DNA of 64,000 nucleotides from Haliotis rufescens (Eukaryota): NCBI RefSeq assembly GCF_023055435.1, contig NW_025963857.1, positions 1,178,001 to 1,242,000 of the forward strand, read 5' to 3'. Shown piece by piece: positions 52,501 to 64,000 of this stretch (position 1 is its first letter; each line of letters starts with the position of its first letter). The notes under the pieces were generated by a model. It saw only the letters and a program-made list of their open reading frames with translations, ran no database searches and was not told where the DNA came from. The position numbers and the translations under genes were made by a program.

Positions 52501-54737
52501 TTTTTTTGTTCTGATCGCCCTCTGCAAAGAAAAGCGACACAACCTTGCCATATTCACAGTAAATCTCGGCTGAAATGACTATATCAGGAGCCTGTGTTTT
52601 ATTGTGATGATGGAAAATTTTAGCGAAAAGTCGGGCGAATCCTGCCCCAACCGTAAAAAACACATGCAAAGGCAAGTCAATTGTTCACATAACAAACACG
52701 GGAACATGTTACTGGTCAAAACAAGGAATTACATCATTTTTGTCACCGATGCGTCAAATGTGTCCTTCACATGTCTACCATAGAACGTTTTGAACGCTTC
52801 ATGAGGCCATGAATGTGGTAACCTTGATCAAACAACTTGTGAGCAAGTGTCGTTTGACGCTCTTGGTACAAAGAACATGCTCGATTGTTCCTCAAAAGCT
52901 GCGACATGTAAACACCAAAAACTGGAGCTGCAGGAATATTGCAATACAGTCTTGAGTAGAATGTTTTCCGCTCTGAATCTTTGTGCATTGATCGGAACAT
53001 GAAACAGATGATGCGGTTTGTCGCCTTTAGTTCTAGTCCAGGTGGGTAAAACAGTGGAGGGGAATTGGCTACTTGATTGTTATTAAAGGATATCAGATCA
53101 TCGATATACCTGAGGCATTATTTAACTTCCTGGCCAAATAACATTGTGTTGACTTTGCCAATGAAAGAAGAATGTACTATTTATATGCATAAAGGAACAG
53201 ATCAGCAAGAAGGGGGGCATCATTGGTTGCCATGGGGATGCCTACGTCTTGCCTTAATGTCTTACCCAAACTTTTTACATAGATGTTATCAATGAGGAAG
53301 TTCAGCATTTCACATATTGATTTCTCAGTAAACTTCAGATTGTATTTGCTTTCATTTTTGACAAAATGTCTAGTATCTCTCAAGATGGACTTGTAACAAT
53401 GTTATTTGTCCTCTCTTCGAAGTGACAGATGACTTAATGTATTCGGGGTGCATATTCCTCCATGCACCTCGGTGTTCGGTGTATATATAGAATGTGCGTG
53501 TGTGTGTGTCGGTGTGTGTGTGTGTGTCGGTGTATGTGTCTGTGTGTGTGTCTGTGTGTCTGTGTTGTGTGTACATATAGAATGCGTGTTGTGTGTACAT
53601 GTGTAATGTGTGTGTTGTGTGTACATGTGTAATGTGTGTTGTGAACATGTGTAATATGTCTTGTGTACATATGTAATGTGTGTGTTGTGTACACTGTGTA
53701 ATGTGTGTGTTGTTTGTACATGTGTAATGTGTGTGATGTGTGTACATGTGCAATGTGTGGGTTGTGTGTACATGTGCAATGTGTGGGTTGTGTGTACATG
53801 TGTAGTGTGCTTGTTGTGTGTACATTTGTTATGTGTTTGTTATGCGTACATATGCAGGGGGGGTGGGGGTGGGGGGGTGTGTGTGTGTGGGGGGGGGGGG
53901 GGGGGGGGGGGGGGGCCTTACCTGTAGTGGTGGGGAAATGAGGTTCTACGGCGATACCTCCATCCCGACTGTTAGTACCTGTCGCATTGATGAGAAAATG
54001 TATTATGACATCATATTTTATTGTAACACTTGACATTGCAACGACGTAGAGGTTTTGTAACGTCGTATGGAGGGCTTCTAGAAGATCAGGGATAGAACTG
54101 GTCTTCAGCAAACCCATGCTTGTCATAAGAGGCGACTTACGCGATCGGACTTGATCCATGTCATCATATCCAAATTTCGTAGATAGATGCTCATGCTATC
54201 AATCACTAGATTGTCAAAACACGATGTGTTTACAGACTGGCGTCATATAGTGAGGATGTTGCTGAATGCGGCGTTAAACAACAAACAAACAAAATGTTAT
54301 AAACTAAAGTGCAAACGAAACTATACCGCTCAGTTGAATGTATGCTTGATTGTTGATCGTATGTTTGGTTTTCAATTCAGTGAATTATCGAGGCGAAATG
54401 GGCTCCACACATTGAACCCAAGCGGGGAATTGAACCCGGGCCTTCGGCGTGACGGTCGAACGCTTTAACCACTTGGCTACACCACTGCCCAATTTTCAAT
54501 TGAAAAGTAAGCGATATCCTATTTATCAAATGAACTGTACTGGCGCTTAGTCAGCACTCATTGTTCAATACTTCAACATTTATATATCATATAAATTATG
54601 ATTTAATTTCAATTTTTATAAAACTTGACTGTTTCTTTAAGGATTTTAACAGTTAGAACTTTCCTGTTTGAAATATAGAACTATGTCACTTCACACACAC
54701 AGACACACACACGCACACACACACACACACACGCACT

Positions 54738-54784
<47 letters not shown>

Positions 54785-56990
54785 CCTATTCCTTTACTCA
54801 AAATAACGCAGCCATGAATTACTTGGTGATGGTTAAATAGACAAAATCGCATTTGACAAAATGTTTGCATAAAAAACAATCTAGGTATATTTTCTTTAGC
54901 CCCTCTGTTTACAATCATTTAATTGTCTTCCCATGTAATAAGACATAATAGTAATAAACCAATAATAGATTCTTGGCTCTCTACAATACTACCTTAAAAC
55001 AAACATTACTTACATATCACGTGACCAACAAGGAGGCCGATGACTGAAAAAAATCATTCATTTATATATGATCTGAGAAATAGAAGAAAAAAGTTGTCAT
55101 TCTGTTATCTTGCGTATAAAATTACATATAAACCCAGCACAGTGTTACTACATACTGTACAACCAGGATATGACTGTAATAGAGGAGTAGTATATGCCTT
55201 AATAGTTTTGCTACATGACTGTATAATCAGTATATACCGCTGTGTTAACCAATCACGAGGACTCACTGTTCTAGAGGCCTAGTGTCTGCGCTCAACAGTT
55301 TTACTACATGCCTGTACAACCTGGATATGACTGTTCTAGGGGCCTAGTATATGCCTTAATAGTTTTACTACATGACTGTACAACCAGTATATAACGCCGT
55401 GTTAACTAATCACGGGGACTCACTTTCCTAGAGGCCTAGTGTGTGCCTTAATAGTTTTACTACATAACTGTACAACCAGTATATACCGTTGTATTCAACA
55501 ATCACCGGGACTCACTGTTCCAAAGGCCTGGTGTCTGCGCTCAACAGTTTTACTACATGCCAGTACAACCAGTATATACCGCTGTGTTAACCAATCACGG
55601 GGACTCACTGTTCTAGAGGCCTAGTGTCTGCCTTCAACAGTTTTACTACGTGCCAGTACAACAAGTATATACCGCTGTGTTAACCAATCACCGGGACTCA
55701 CTGTTCTAGGGGCCTAGTATATGCCTTAATAGCTTTACTACATGCCAGTACAACCAGTATATAACGTTATGTTAACTAATCACCGGGACTCACTGTTCTA
55801 GGGGCCTATTGTCTGCCTTTCAACAGTTTTACAACATGACTGTACAACCAGTATATACCGCTGTGTTAACCAATCACCGGGACTCACTGTTCTAGAGGAC
55901 TAGTGTCTGCCTTCAACAGTTTTACTACATGCCAGTACAACCAGTATATACCGCTGTGTTAACCAATCACCGGGACTCACTGTTCTAGGGGCCTAGTATA
56001 TGCCTTAATAGCTTTACTACATGCCAGTACAACCAGTATATAACGTTATGTTAACTAATCACCGGGACTCACTGTTCTAGGGGCCTATTGTCTGCCTTTC
56101 AACAGTTTTACAACATGACTGTACAACCAGTATATACCGCTGTGTTAACCAATCACCGGGACTCACTGTTCTAGAGGCCTAGTGTCTGCCTTCAACAGTT
56201 TTACTACATGCCAGTACAACCAGTATATACCGCTGTGTTAACCAATCACCGGGACTCACTGTTCTAGGGGCCTAGTATATGCCTTAATAGCTTTACTACA
56301 TGCCAGTACAACCAGTATATAACGTTATGTTAACTAATCACCGGGACTCACTGTTCTAGGGGCCTATTGTCTGCCTTTCAACAGTTTTACAACATGACTG
56401 TACAACCAGTATATAACGCTGTGTTAATTACGGGGACCTCAACAGTATTCAGCTCAATGTGTGTCAGCTGTGATAGGACAAATCTAAGTACCGAAGGTAG
56501 TGACGTTCATCACTTGGTGAAACTTACAAGCGCCCCTCTGCTGCTGACAAAGCAAGGATCAGATTCGGAGCGATGAAAGCATTCAAAGCCATGGCTCTGA
56601 GACGCAACGTCTTCAAATCAAAGAATACTGTTACCTAATTTCTGTCTTAAAAAGCGTATGTCGTGTCATACGAACTATATGCGGGAGTTGGCAGTGATTG
56701 CCTGCAATATATCTACTTCACTGCTGCTGTAGAATTAAGTCAAACACGTGAGGTAACAGGAGGTAACTGTGTAATCACAGTCACCCCAACACTGTACTTT
56801 ACTCATCTGATATGTTATTTGATAGTTTCGATAGGCGTGACTCTGATATAGCCAATGTCCATTGCTTGGAACCCGTCAAAGATCGAGACAAATAAATGCA
56901 TACTTGACAGTACTGAACTCTAGACTAAATCTATTACAATATACACCAAAAACCAGATTAATCGTTACCTGCAAGTTGGTGAAAGTTCAT
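49544..56990 (-). CDS. Secreted two-ShKT-domain protein with Thr/Pro-rich linkers, 146 aa, six coding exons
   Basis: Exons 56990-56969, 55043-55014, 53978-53922, 52421-52272, 51729-51685 and 49680-49544 are all GT-AG and phase 1, totalling 441 nt: MNFHQLAVIGLLVGHVICTNSRDGGIAVEPHFPTTTATTAPTTTTTPPPPVCEDKLSTCSIYKSVCESDTQQRWALLYCAKTCRLCNETTVAVTRPTRAFTGATVRHTLPATCVDKWSNCDFYPHSCAPVYKDWASANCARFCNLC. The last three exons are well supported; the first three rest on splice signals, frame and the signal-peptide-like product. Confidence 0.8.
50348..51509. mobile_element. ~1.16-kb insertion with LTR-like features in the last intron of the ShKT gene
   Basis: Absent at the paralogous site (~21755) and flanked by CATA. 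The minus strand has purine tracts followed by TG starts (50923, 50888), a TATA-like TTTAAATA (~50866), AATAAA (~50565) and short internal tandem repeats. No recognisable gag/pol. Confidence 0.5.
52640..53390 (-). mobile_element. Degenerate Penelope-like retroelement RT remnant (intronic)
   Basis: EMLNFLIDNIYVK...RQDVGIPMATNDAPLLADLFLYAY (RT motif B region) followed by NIPAAPVFGVYMSQLLR...KLFDQGY. Confidence 0.8.
53490..53915. repeat. Low-complexity (TG)-rich degenerate ~25-bp repeat and poly-G
   Basis: Repeated TGTGTACATGTGTAATGTGTGTGT-like units. Confidence 0.85.
54398..54490 (-). mobile_element. tRNA-derived SINE head fragment; related degenerate copies ~13750, ~27380, ~42030
   Basis: GGGCAGTGGTGTAGCCAAGTGGTTAAAGCG...GGTTCAATTCCCCGC followed by GGGTTCAATGTGTGGAGCCCATT, a body shared with 27430-27455. 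Confidence 0.7.
54691..54783. repeat. (CA)n microsatellite
   Basis: Directly visible. Confidence 0.95.
55135..56440. repeat. ~93-bp tandem satellite, about 14 monomers, with a 279-bp three-monomer higher-order unit
   Basis: The TACAA anchor recurs at 55564, 55657, 55749, 55843, 55936, 56028, 56122, 56215, 56307 and 56401 (spacings 93/92/94 repeated three times). Confidence 0.92.
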
Positions 56991-57899
56991 ACTTGGACTG
57001 AAGTCAGCCTTATCAGCTGGGTCTGTTAATAACGGCCTACATACAACCCACGTTGACAGATAATCCCACGCGTCACTGACATATAACTCAGATAACAATA
57101 GGCACAAAACAACGTGTCCAGTCGCCCACCTGAAAGAACTGTCCACGACAATGCCGTTAACATTGTGGGCTGTGGACTGTGGGCTGTGGGCTGTGGGCTG
57201 TGGGCTCACTATAGTTGTGTTTCACGGTTTAAGGACACATTACAAAGCTTAGGGTTCGGTAGTTTGCTTGTTTGTTATTTATATGACTGTGGCCTAGGCA
57301 TCTGTACCAGACGGGCACACTTTAATTCGATATAATGTCCAAATTCGAGTCTGGGACAGGCAAACCAGTGATTGGGGTATAAGCAAGGTTAATAATACAT
57401 ACATAGTGCCGAATAGAATTCTGTTCGGACCCAAACATGTAACTATATACCGGCTTCAGTATGTTTCAATAACCTGACACGGAAAACCACTTACTTATGT
57501 CATCACATATTTTCGATTCCGACTTTAATCATGTGCGTGTTTACCTTATAGAACGTCCAGAGAAACTCATTGGATTCGACTGTTGTGTACAACAATGACA
57601 TAAGGATATAATGACAACATTAAAGACGATGGCAGTCTTTCTAACCAGCGGACTGCCAACGTCAATGTTTGGAGGCTGTTTCCGGCATCCCAAAGACGTC
57701 GACGCAACTATGGTCACTAGAAAGGATGAAGGCCAATATTAAGTTTAAGGATCCCATTAATTTTGAAGATCTGCTGTCTCTCCTTCAGGAACCATTGGGG
57801 CTGCACATAGTAAGAGCAAGACTATACTGTGTGACTGAAAGAAATTAAACGACCCCAGCGACTTTTGCTGATGGGTGAGTCTACAAACAATAAGTATAC

Positions 57900-59600
57900 T
57901 CACTGTATAGACTTGAGAGACAAGAGAGTATCGTTTTTAGATTGCTTTGAAACGATTGGCTAAACCAGAAACATACTCCACAAAATGAAACAAAGACCGC
58001 ATGTTCTTGAATTTGAATTTGGCCAACAAGGGAATTGATGCCTTCCTTAACTTTCAGTAACATTTTCAGACAAAATGTCCCAATATTTCAAATTCCAGGA
58101 ACCACCAACCACTTCCTTTTCCTATACGAACACCATTTCATTCAGGTTGTTCACTTATAGGAACGTGTTGCAGAACGTGGGTCTATTTAAATATGCAGCC
58201 AAATATCGCGGGCAGCTCTTACCAATGGCGATCACAACTTTAAAATAATTTCAAAGCATTGGCCAAAAGATAAGTGGAACATCTTGAGGTCTTTCAGAGT
58301 GGGTTAAGTGAGTACATAATGTTGTTACTGGTAGAATGCACAAACTGAAAAAGAGGAATTGGAATAAACCCATCCTTTCCCATTCAGCTGTCATCCAAAA
58401 TCTGTCTGACTTACATGAAAAGTTTATACTTGTTCCCGCTGACAAGGCCTGAAATAACATCACCATAATATGTAAGCATCACCACCTTAATTGTTTGATC
58501 ACAGACATTGGTATAAGTGACATAAGACAAATGCCACATAAAATGCCAGCTTGTTAACTGAAGAAATCTGTCCAAACCACGCATCAGAACGTTTGGCTTG
58601 ACTCTATAACCTGAAGACATGTCTGTTCCTTTTTCAATAAAAGTCCGTACAAAGAGAGAGCTATTGCTGGCTCCAGCAATCATACCTCCACATCCCTGTC
58701 TCAAAGATTAACCATAATCCTTAATACAATAAATAAATTTCTTTATATATATTCACAGAAAGAATTAGAGTGAAAGTGAAATCAATACCATGTGAATTCC
58801 ACAATCTCAGAAAACAGCAAAAATCAGTTCTGTCAACACATTTTGTTTTTCAACTTTGTACATCACTACCCCTACATGACAAACTTAAGGAAAAACTGCA
58901 TTCCTTGATACTTACAAAACGTGGTTACATATCTATCTTCAGAGGTTCAGGGCAATTTGTCACAAAGGGAAGCAAATGTCATCTGAAGTTTACTGAGAAA
59001 ACAATATGTGTGAATGCTGGGCTTCCTCGTTGATAACATTCTGGGCGCCATCTGGCACGATGTTCGCATTCCCATGGGCACTAATTGTGCTTCAGGTATA
59101 TCGATGATCTTAAATCGTTCATTAACCATCAAATGACCACTATCCTTCCACTGATTTACCCCCCTGAATTAGACATAATGGAGACCAGTGAGATCGCCTC
59201 ATCTGGTTCATATTTAGTTCTTTGTATCTCACCAAAAGGCTGTGTAAGAGGGATGACTCCAACTTTCAAATATTGTCTAGCAATATTCCTGCAGCTCCAG
59301 CCTTTGGTGTCTTCATTTCAAGCTTTTGAGGAACAATCGAACATGCTCTTTCTACAAAAGCGTCATACGACTCTTGTTCTGAAGTTGTTTGATCTAGGTC
59401 ACACCATTCAAGGCCTCGGCAAAGCTTTCAAAGATTTATGGTAGACTTAGGATTTATGTGGAGGACATTTCCAAATGTGACGCATCAGTAACAAGAATGT
59501 TGTCCAATGCAATTCCCTATTTTGACATGTACCATATGTTCCCGTATCTTATTTTTCCGGAGGAAAATTGACTTGCCTTTGCATGTGTTTGTGACAGGGG
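57900..59600 (+). mobile_element. Degenerate Penelope-like retroelement
   Basis: Fragmentary translations HEKFILVPADKA*NNI (~58413), IPMGTNCA (~59068) and FRYIDDLKSFIN...IYPPELDIMETSEIASSGSYL. The 3' part is the inverted homologue of 22900-23300 and 52640-53390. The left boundary is approximate. Confidence 0.75.
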
Positions 59601-59748
59601 CCACTGGTGGGGCAGGCTAATGATATCCAGTCAGATCGCTGTCCGTATCTCGTATAGCTACACAAAAATGGCGACCACCATAGGCGACGACCTCTTATGA
59701 CGAAAACATTCGCGATTTCATCCGTGTCACAATAACAGCGACAATCGT

Positions 59749-59779
<31 letters not shown>

Positions 59780-61439
59780 GGGGACGCTCTTGCCTCGGGA
59801 ATATGGGTACTGGATGAACATTGTATGGGAACTTAATGGACATTGTAGGGACATTGTATGGTATTGTATGGAAACTGTATGGACACCTTATAGGTACTGT
59901 GTGGTAAGTGTATGGACATTGGTCTGACACCAAACGGTCCCTATATAGACGTTGTATGGGCACTGTTAAACATATTTTGTCCATAGCTACTTTTATGTCA
60001 TCTAAAGACAGCAATACATCATCAAACTGTATGATGGACCACACAAGTGGAGGGATATCACACTATTAGTGTGCAGACAGTTTGACACGCTTTTCTGTTT
60101 AACGATGCGTGTCGTAACGTAATGTTTGCTTGAATCGATGAATGTACAAAGATTACTACACGACAGACATGAATTCATCAATCTGTTTCTTACACACCCT
60201 AACATAGCACCATTTGAGCATCGAATCGATGCATATTGTCTTTTCTCAGGTGGTCAGGCTCGCTGACTTGGTTGATGCATGTCATCGTATCCCAATTGCA
60301 TGGATCGATGCTCATGATATCAGTCACTGGATTCTCTGGTCCGATTATTTACAGACCGCCGCCATATAGCTGGAATATTGGTGAGTGCGGCGATAAACAA
60401 CAAACAAACAACATAACACATCGGTTATTTGTGACGTCATCCGGCCTTCTGCCTACTGCCCATACCTACTGACCCCCCACAATAAAACTCTCTGCCATAT
60501 CTGTGGATTATCAAGGCGATCATGACAATGCAAACTAGAAAAAACAAAGAATTGACACTCAAAAAACATAAAAACTCGGCACAGACGCAGGTGAATTTGA
60601 CCGAAGCACGAGTAACTTATGAATTGCAATCAGGAAAGTAGCACGTTTTAATCTGACCTTAGGTCATTACCATAGAGTAGCCAGTCACGGGCCTGGAATT
60701 CGATCTCATACATATGTATTGTTCCAGTTATCTCAAATGGGTTTCTGGTATGTAAGAAGTTAGGTATCCATTGCACTACAGGGGATCTACGTTTTGTACA
60801 TTTCATTGACTATATTTTTCATACTTTGAAGTAACACAACACTTGCTAACAGGTAGTAAACACATGAGGCTGGGATGTATACAATATATGTGGTTGGAGG
60901 AATAACACGATATCAGCAAGCTTGTTGATCTCACCCTACACCCAATGCTCAGTAAATTCACATATGTATTTTATGAACGCTTCACTCAATACATTGACGT
61001 TACATCTCCTGGAAGCGCAAGTAAAATACATCGTGCGGCGTTTCGATTACGATTGATTTTTGTTTGTTCTTTAACGCCACACTCAGCAACATTCCAGCCA
61101 TATGACGAGGGTCTGTAAATAATCGAGTCTGGACCAGACCATCCAGTAATTCACATCATGAGTATCGATCCACCCATTTGGGATATGTTGACATGCATCA
61201 ACCAAGTCAGGGAGCCTGACCCCCTGATCGCCTCTTACGACAAGCATAGTCACCTTTTACGCAAGTATGGGTTGCTGAAGACCTGGTCTACGGAATGGTG
61301 GTACACAGTAGTATTCTGACAACACCTTGACTTCAAGTTAGAGGCCTCAGGCCCAGAGAACAGGAATACAATTACTCATAAAGTGACTTTTACAATTTCA
61401 TTGCATTCAATATGAATTTTGATAGCTGTACAGAAGTAG

Positions 61440-62130
61440 GTTTATGGTTAGATGACATCTGGCTAACACAGGATTCCAGCGACGGATTTACAAAGTATTA
61501 AGGATCAATGTATCTATATCTTAAATCATTAAGCAGGGCATACGAGTGCAAAATGATATTCATTTTCCCCTTGACTAATATTTAATCGGAGACAATATCT
61601 ACACAAGCGACATTCTAGATCGACGCCTTTGCGTCTGCCCCAACCATCAACTGATGACACATCTAAATCTTGACAGCGCTTGTTTCAGTAGTGTAGAGTC
61701 GACTTGTGTAAGATATACTTCGGTCTGTAAAACTGATTTGAAGGTTGAATATGCCATTAGCTTTGGATTTGATTATATTGATGAATACCATCGTTGGATG
61801 TTGTAATCAGATACACGTTGCCTAAACTGAGATATAAAAAGATAAACATTTCCAACATCTTGCATAATCCAGGCGTAGCCGAAGCCAAAGCCAAACTGGA
61901 ATAAGATATGTTTTATTTTAGTGGTCCAGGAAGATCTGTTTACGCAATCCAATCCATACAGCATCAGATACGCTTGCTTCGGAAGTCGGCCATTATTCAC
62001 TGTTACTAGTTTAGCCCAATATTTTACACATTTTGTTACATAGGTGAGAAATAATAGCGGTCGACCACTTTCTCCAAGTACAGCATCATTACAAGCACGC
62101 AGAGGCAGATGCACAATTCTTTTTCGGAGC
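61440..62130 (-). mobile_element. 3' remnant of non-LTR retrotransposon (LINE) ORF2
   Basis: NDAVLGESGR...VKYWAKLV...RLPKQAY...W...FGFGYAWIMQDVGN...FRQRVSDYNIQRW, followed by ALSRFR and a C-x2-C...ENEYHF..VCP motif typical of post-RT LINE domains. Confidence 0.75.
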
Positions 62131-62547
62131 CGTATACAGTTGTATACAATGGTACGCAATGGTACACAGTGTACCCTCAGCTAGTCCGGACCCTGTTAGT
62201 CATTGTATCCTTGTTTCATGATCGATGCTCATGATATCAATCACTGGATTGTGTGGTCCAGACTCGAATATTTACAGACCGCTGCCATATAGCTGGAATA
62301 TGTGTGAGTGCGGCGTTAAACAAACAAACCACCATTCCATTGTTCACGCCCTATGGTAAAACAGTTCCACGGGAACACTTATCTAACTTGTAGTTTAGTA
62401 TTCGTAATGGCAGCCACGTTCTCGCTTCAAAGTGTCTCACGTTATTACTTCGTCTGCGTTCACCTACTCAGTTAGTTTGAAAATGCGGTCATTTATGTTG
62501 CAACGTGGCCCTCTTATATTAAGAATGTATGCTAGTCAGGTACCCTT

Positions 62548-62820
62548 GCGACCCGTGAAGATCCGGGGTAGAATAAGTCTTCAGCAACCCATACTTGCCG
62601 TAAAAGGTGACTATGCTTGTCGTAAGAGGCGACTAACAGGATCGGGTGGTCAGACTCGATGTCATGGTGCATGTCATCGTATCCCAATTGCATGGATCGA
62701 TGCTCATGATATCAATCACGGGATTGTCTGGTCCAGACTCGATTATTTACAGACCGCCGTCATATAGCTGGAATATTGCTGAGTGCGGCGTTAAACAACA
62801 AACCAACCAACAACCAACCA
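62548..62820 (+). mobile_element. Best-preserved copy of an abundant SINE-like family; other plus copies ~54075-54290, 60248-60410, 62190-62330, 63160-63340
   Basis: GACCCGTGAAGATCCGGGGTAGAA...GCTTGTCGTAAGAGGCGACTAA...CCAGACTCGATTATTTACAGACCGCCGTCATATAGCTGGAATATTGCTGAGTGCGGCGTTAAAC(AACC)n, with about ten dispersed copies in the window. Confidence 0.8.
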
Positions 62821-63410
62821 GATAGCTTTGCACCGCCCTATTGCTGACAGTACACCGTGTGTTGAAACATTAAAATTGTGCACGGATGCCATTGAGCTAA
62901 CGGTCCTCCCAAGTATGGGGACAATGTGTGATGCCAAATATTTTGGTTTGCTATGGCAATATTGCTGGATAATCGCTAAACATAGACTTAAAATAATATT
63001 CTCTCCCGCCCACATATATCTATTTGGTACACATGATTTGGTGATCTTACAGGTTCAAGGCCGGGCCTTGTTAATTCACTATCACGTGTGGTTATTTGTC
63101 ACTGCTGTTGTTTGTATCAGATAATGCGATACGTGTGTTCTATCGTCATGTATGTCCTACGAAGTGATCCAGGTTGGAACTGGACTTCGGCAACCCATGC
63201 ACGTCGTAAGAGACGACTAACGGGATCTGGCGGTCAGGTTCGCAGTTGCATGTCAACGTATTTCAGATGGGAATATCGATGCTCGTGATGTTAATACCTC
63301 GACTGTTAGCCGGACTATGACTATACTATAACATAACAAACAATCATGTATATTTATAAATGAGTGGGGAATAAACACTCAAACAATAAGCATCAGCTAT
63401 ATACAGGACT

Positions 63411-63441
<31 letters not shown>

Positions 63442-64000
63442 TCGGAGTGAGTGAGTGGGTTGGGTTCGACGCCGCTCTGAATAATATTCCAGTAATAGCA
63501 TGGCCTGTCATGTGGGAGGAAAACACGAAGTGATGCAGGTGTCGGTTTTACCATTTTAGTGAAACCCAAGAGGGTATGGTGCTGACAAACCTACTAACAT
63601 TAGCGAGCCTGACCACCCGATTTAGTGATTGACACCATGACAACCTGATCCCGTTAGTCGGTTGCTGAATACCTATTCTACCCCGGATCTTCACGGATCA
63701 CATCAACAGTAATTCACGAGGGGCAGATAATCCGTACTGTCGAGTTGCAAGTTGTGTATTCAATGTATTACCCATCGTCTTTTTTCAGACAAAGCTTTCC
63801 TGATCCGACGTTTTTGCACTGTTATAAGGACGTCATTTAAGTCACTTAATTTCCCTTTATCCGTAGCCCCGACGGGTGATATTACACAATACCCGACATC
63901 GGGATATCGGTTATAGATAGCATTCATTGAGCGACGGTACACGATCGTTTACGTATATATAACACTGCAATTTCATAAATAGATTCCAATGACGCTAAAT

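Larger units (their letters stand above)
1..53390. repeat. Tandem segmental duplication, ~14.2-kb unit (TRIM-A / ShKT 3' exon(s) / TRIM-B), about 3.7 units
   Basis: Paralogous landmarks recur: type A stop codons at 1658, 15897, 30008, 43997; ShKT terminal exons at 7969, 21019, 35448, 49544; type B ATGs at 10727, 24783, 39043. Intergenic sequence is also shared (e.g. 1-300 vs 15545-15830, 29640-29950, 43630-43940). Confidence 0.95.

Noticed and set aside
53370-54159. Long His/Thr-rich or Cys/Val-rich ORFs (up to 241 aa)
   Set aside because: Translations of TG/CA low-complexity repeats. Only the 57-nt segment 53978-53922 is considered a real exon.
54420-54490. tRNA-Asp(GTC)-like sequence on the minus strand
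   Set aside because: The acceptor stem does not pair well, and the sequence runs into a body shared with other dispersed repeats. It is a SINE head, not a tRNA gene.
56635-56701. Candidate 67-nt exon (tattgcag...gtaaca) in the ShKT gene
   Set aside because: Including it shifts the frame of the downstream exons and destroys the signal peptide and ShKT reading.
56991-57129. In-frame upstream extension (WATGHVVLCLLLSELYVSDA...) after a ttctttcag acceptor as an alternative N-terminus of the ShKT gene
   Set aside because: No in-frame ATG or partner exon was identified, and the ATG at 56990 already yields a complete signal peptide. Treated as probable 5' UTR, though not excluded.

Overview
Eukaryotic, AT-rich, intron-containing DNA. 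The SINE, Penelope-like and TRIM-NHL content suggests a marine invertebrate, probably a mollusc (inference; no database search was possible). About 1-53 kb is a tandem array of ~14.2-kb units. Each unit holds a minus-strand TRIM gene (type A, 4 copies) placed head-to-head with a plus-strand TRIM gene (type B, 3 copies). Both types have a 292-nt RING exon and one long exon encoding B-box1, B-box2, coiled coil and an NHL-like beta-propeller. Only A4 (43997-46850) and B3 (39043-41178) look fully intact; the other five copies carry frameshifts, splice-site loss or zinc-ligand substitutions. Main pattern: type A propellers are hypervariable in the same two loops of each blade, type B propellers are almost invariant, and the RING exon is homogenised between A and B. 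A1 even contains a captured inverted copy of the B 5' region. This resembles a paired variable-sensor/conserved-partner immune locus (hypothesis). Splice-aware reading also reveals a gene the ORF track cannot show: six micro-exons (56990 to 49544, minus, all phase-1 introns) encoding a 146-aa secreted protein with a signal peptide, Thr/Pro-rich linkers and two ShKT domains. Its 3' exons were carried into every repeat unit. The rest is SINEs, a Mutator-like non-autonomous element, Penelope-like and LINE remnants, a 27-bp VNTR, a higher-order ~93-bp satellite and three N gaps. Caveat: some units could be alternative haplotypes assembled in tandem.
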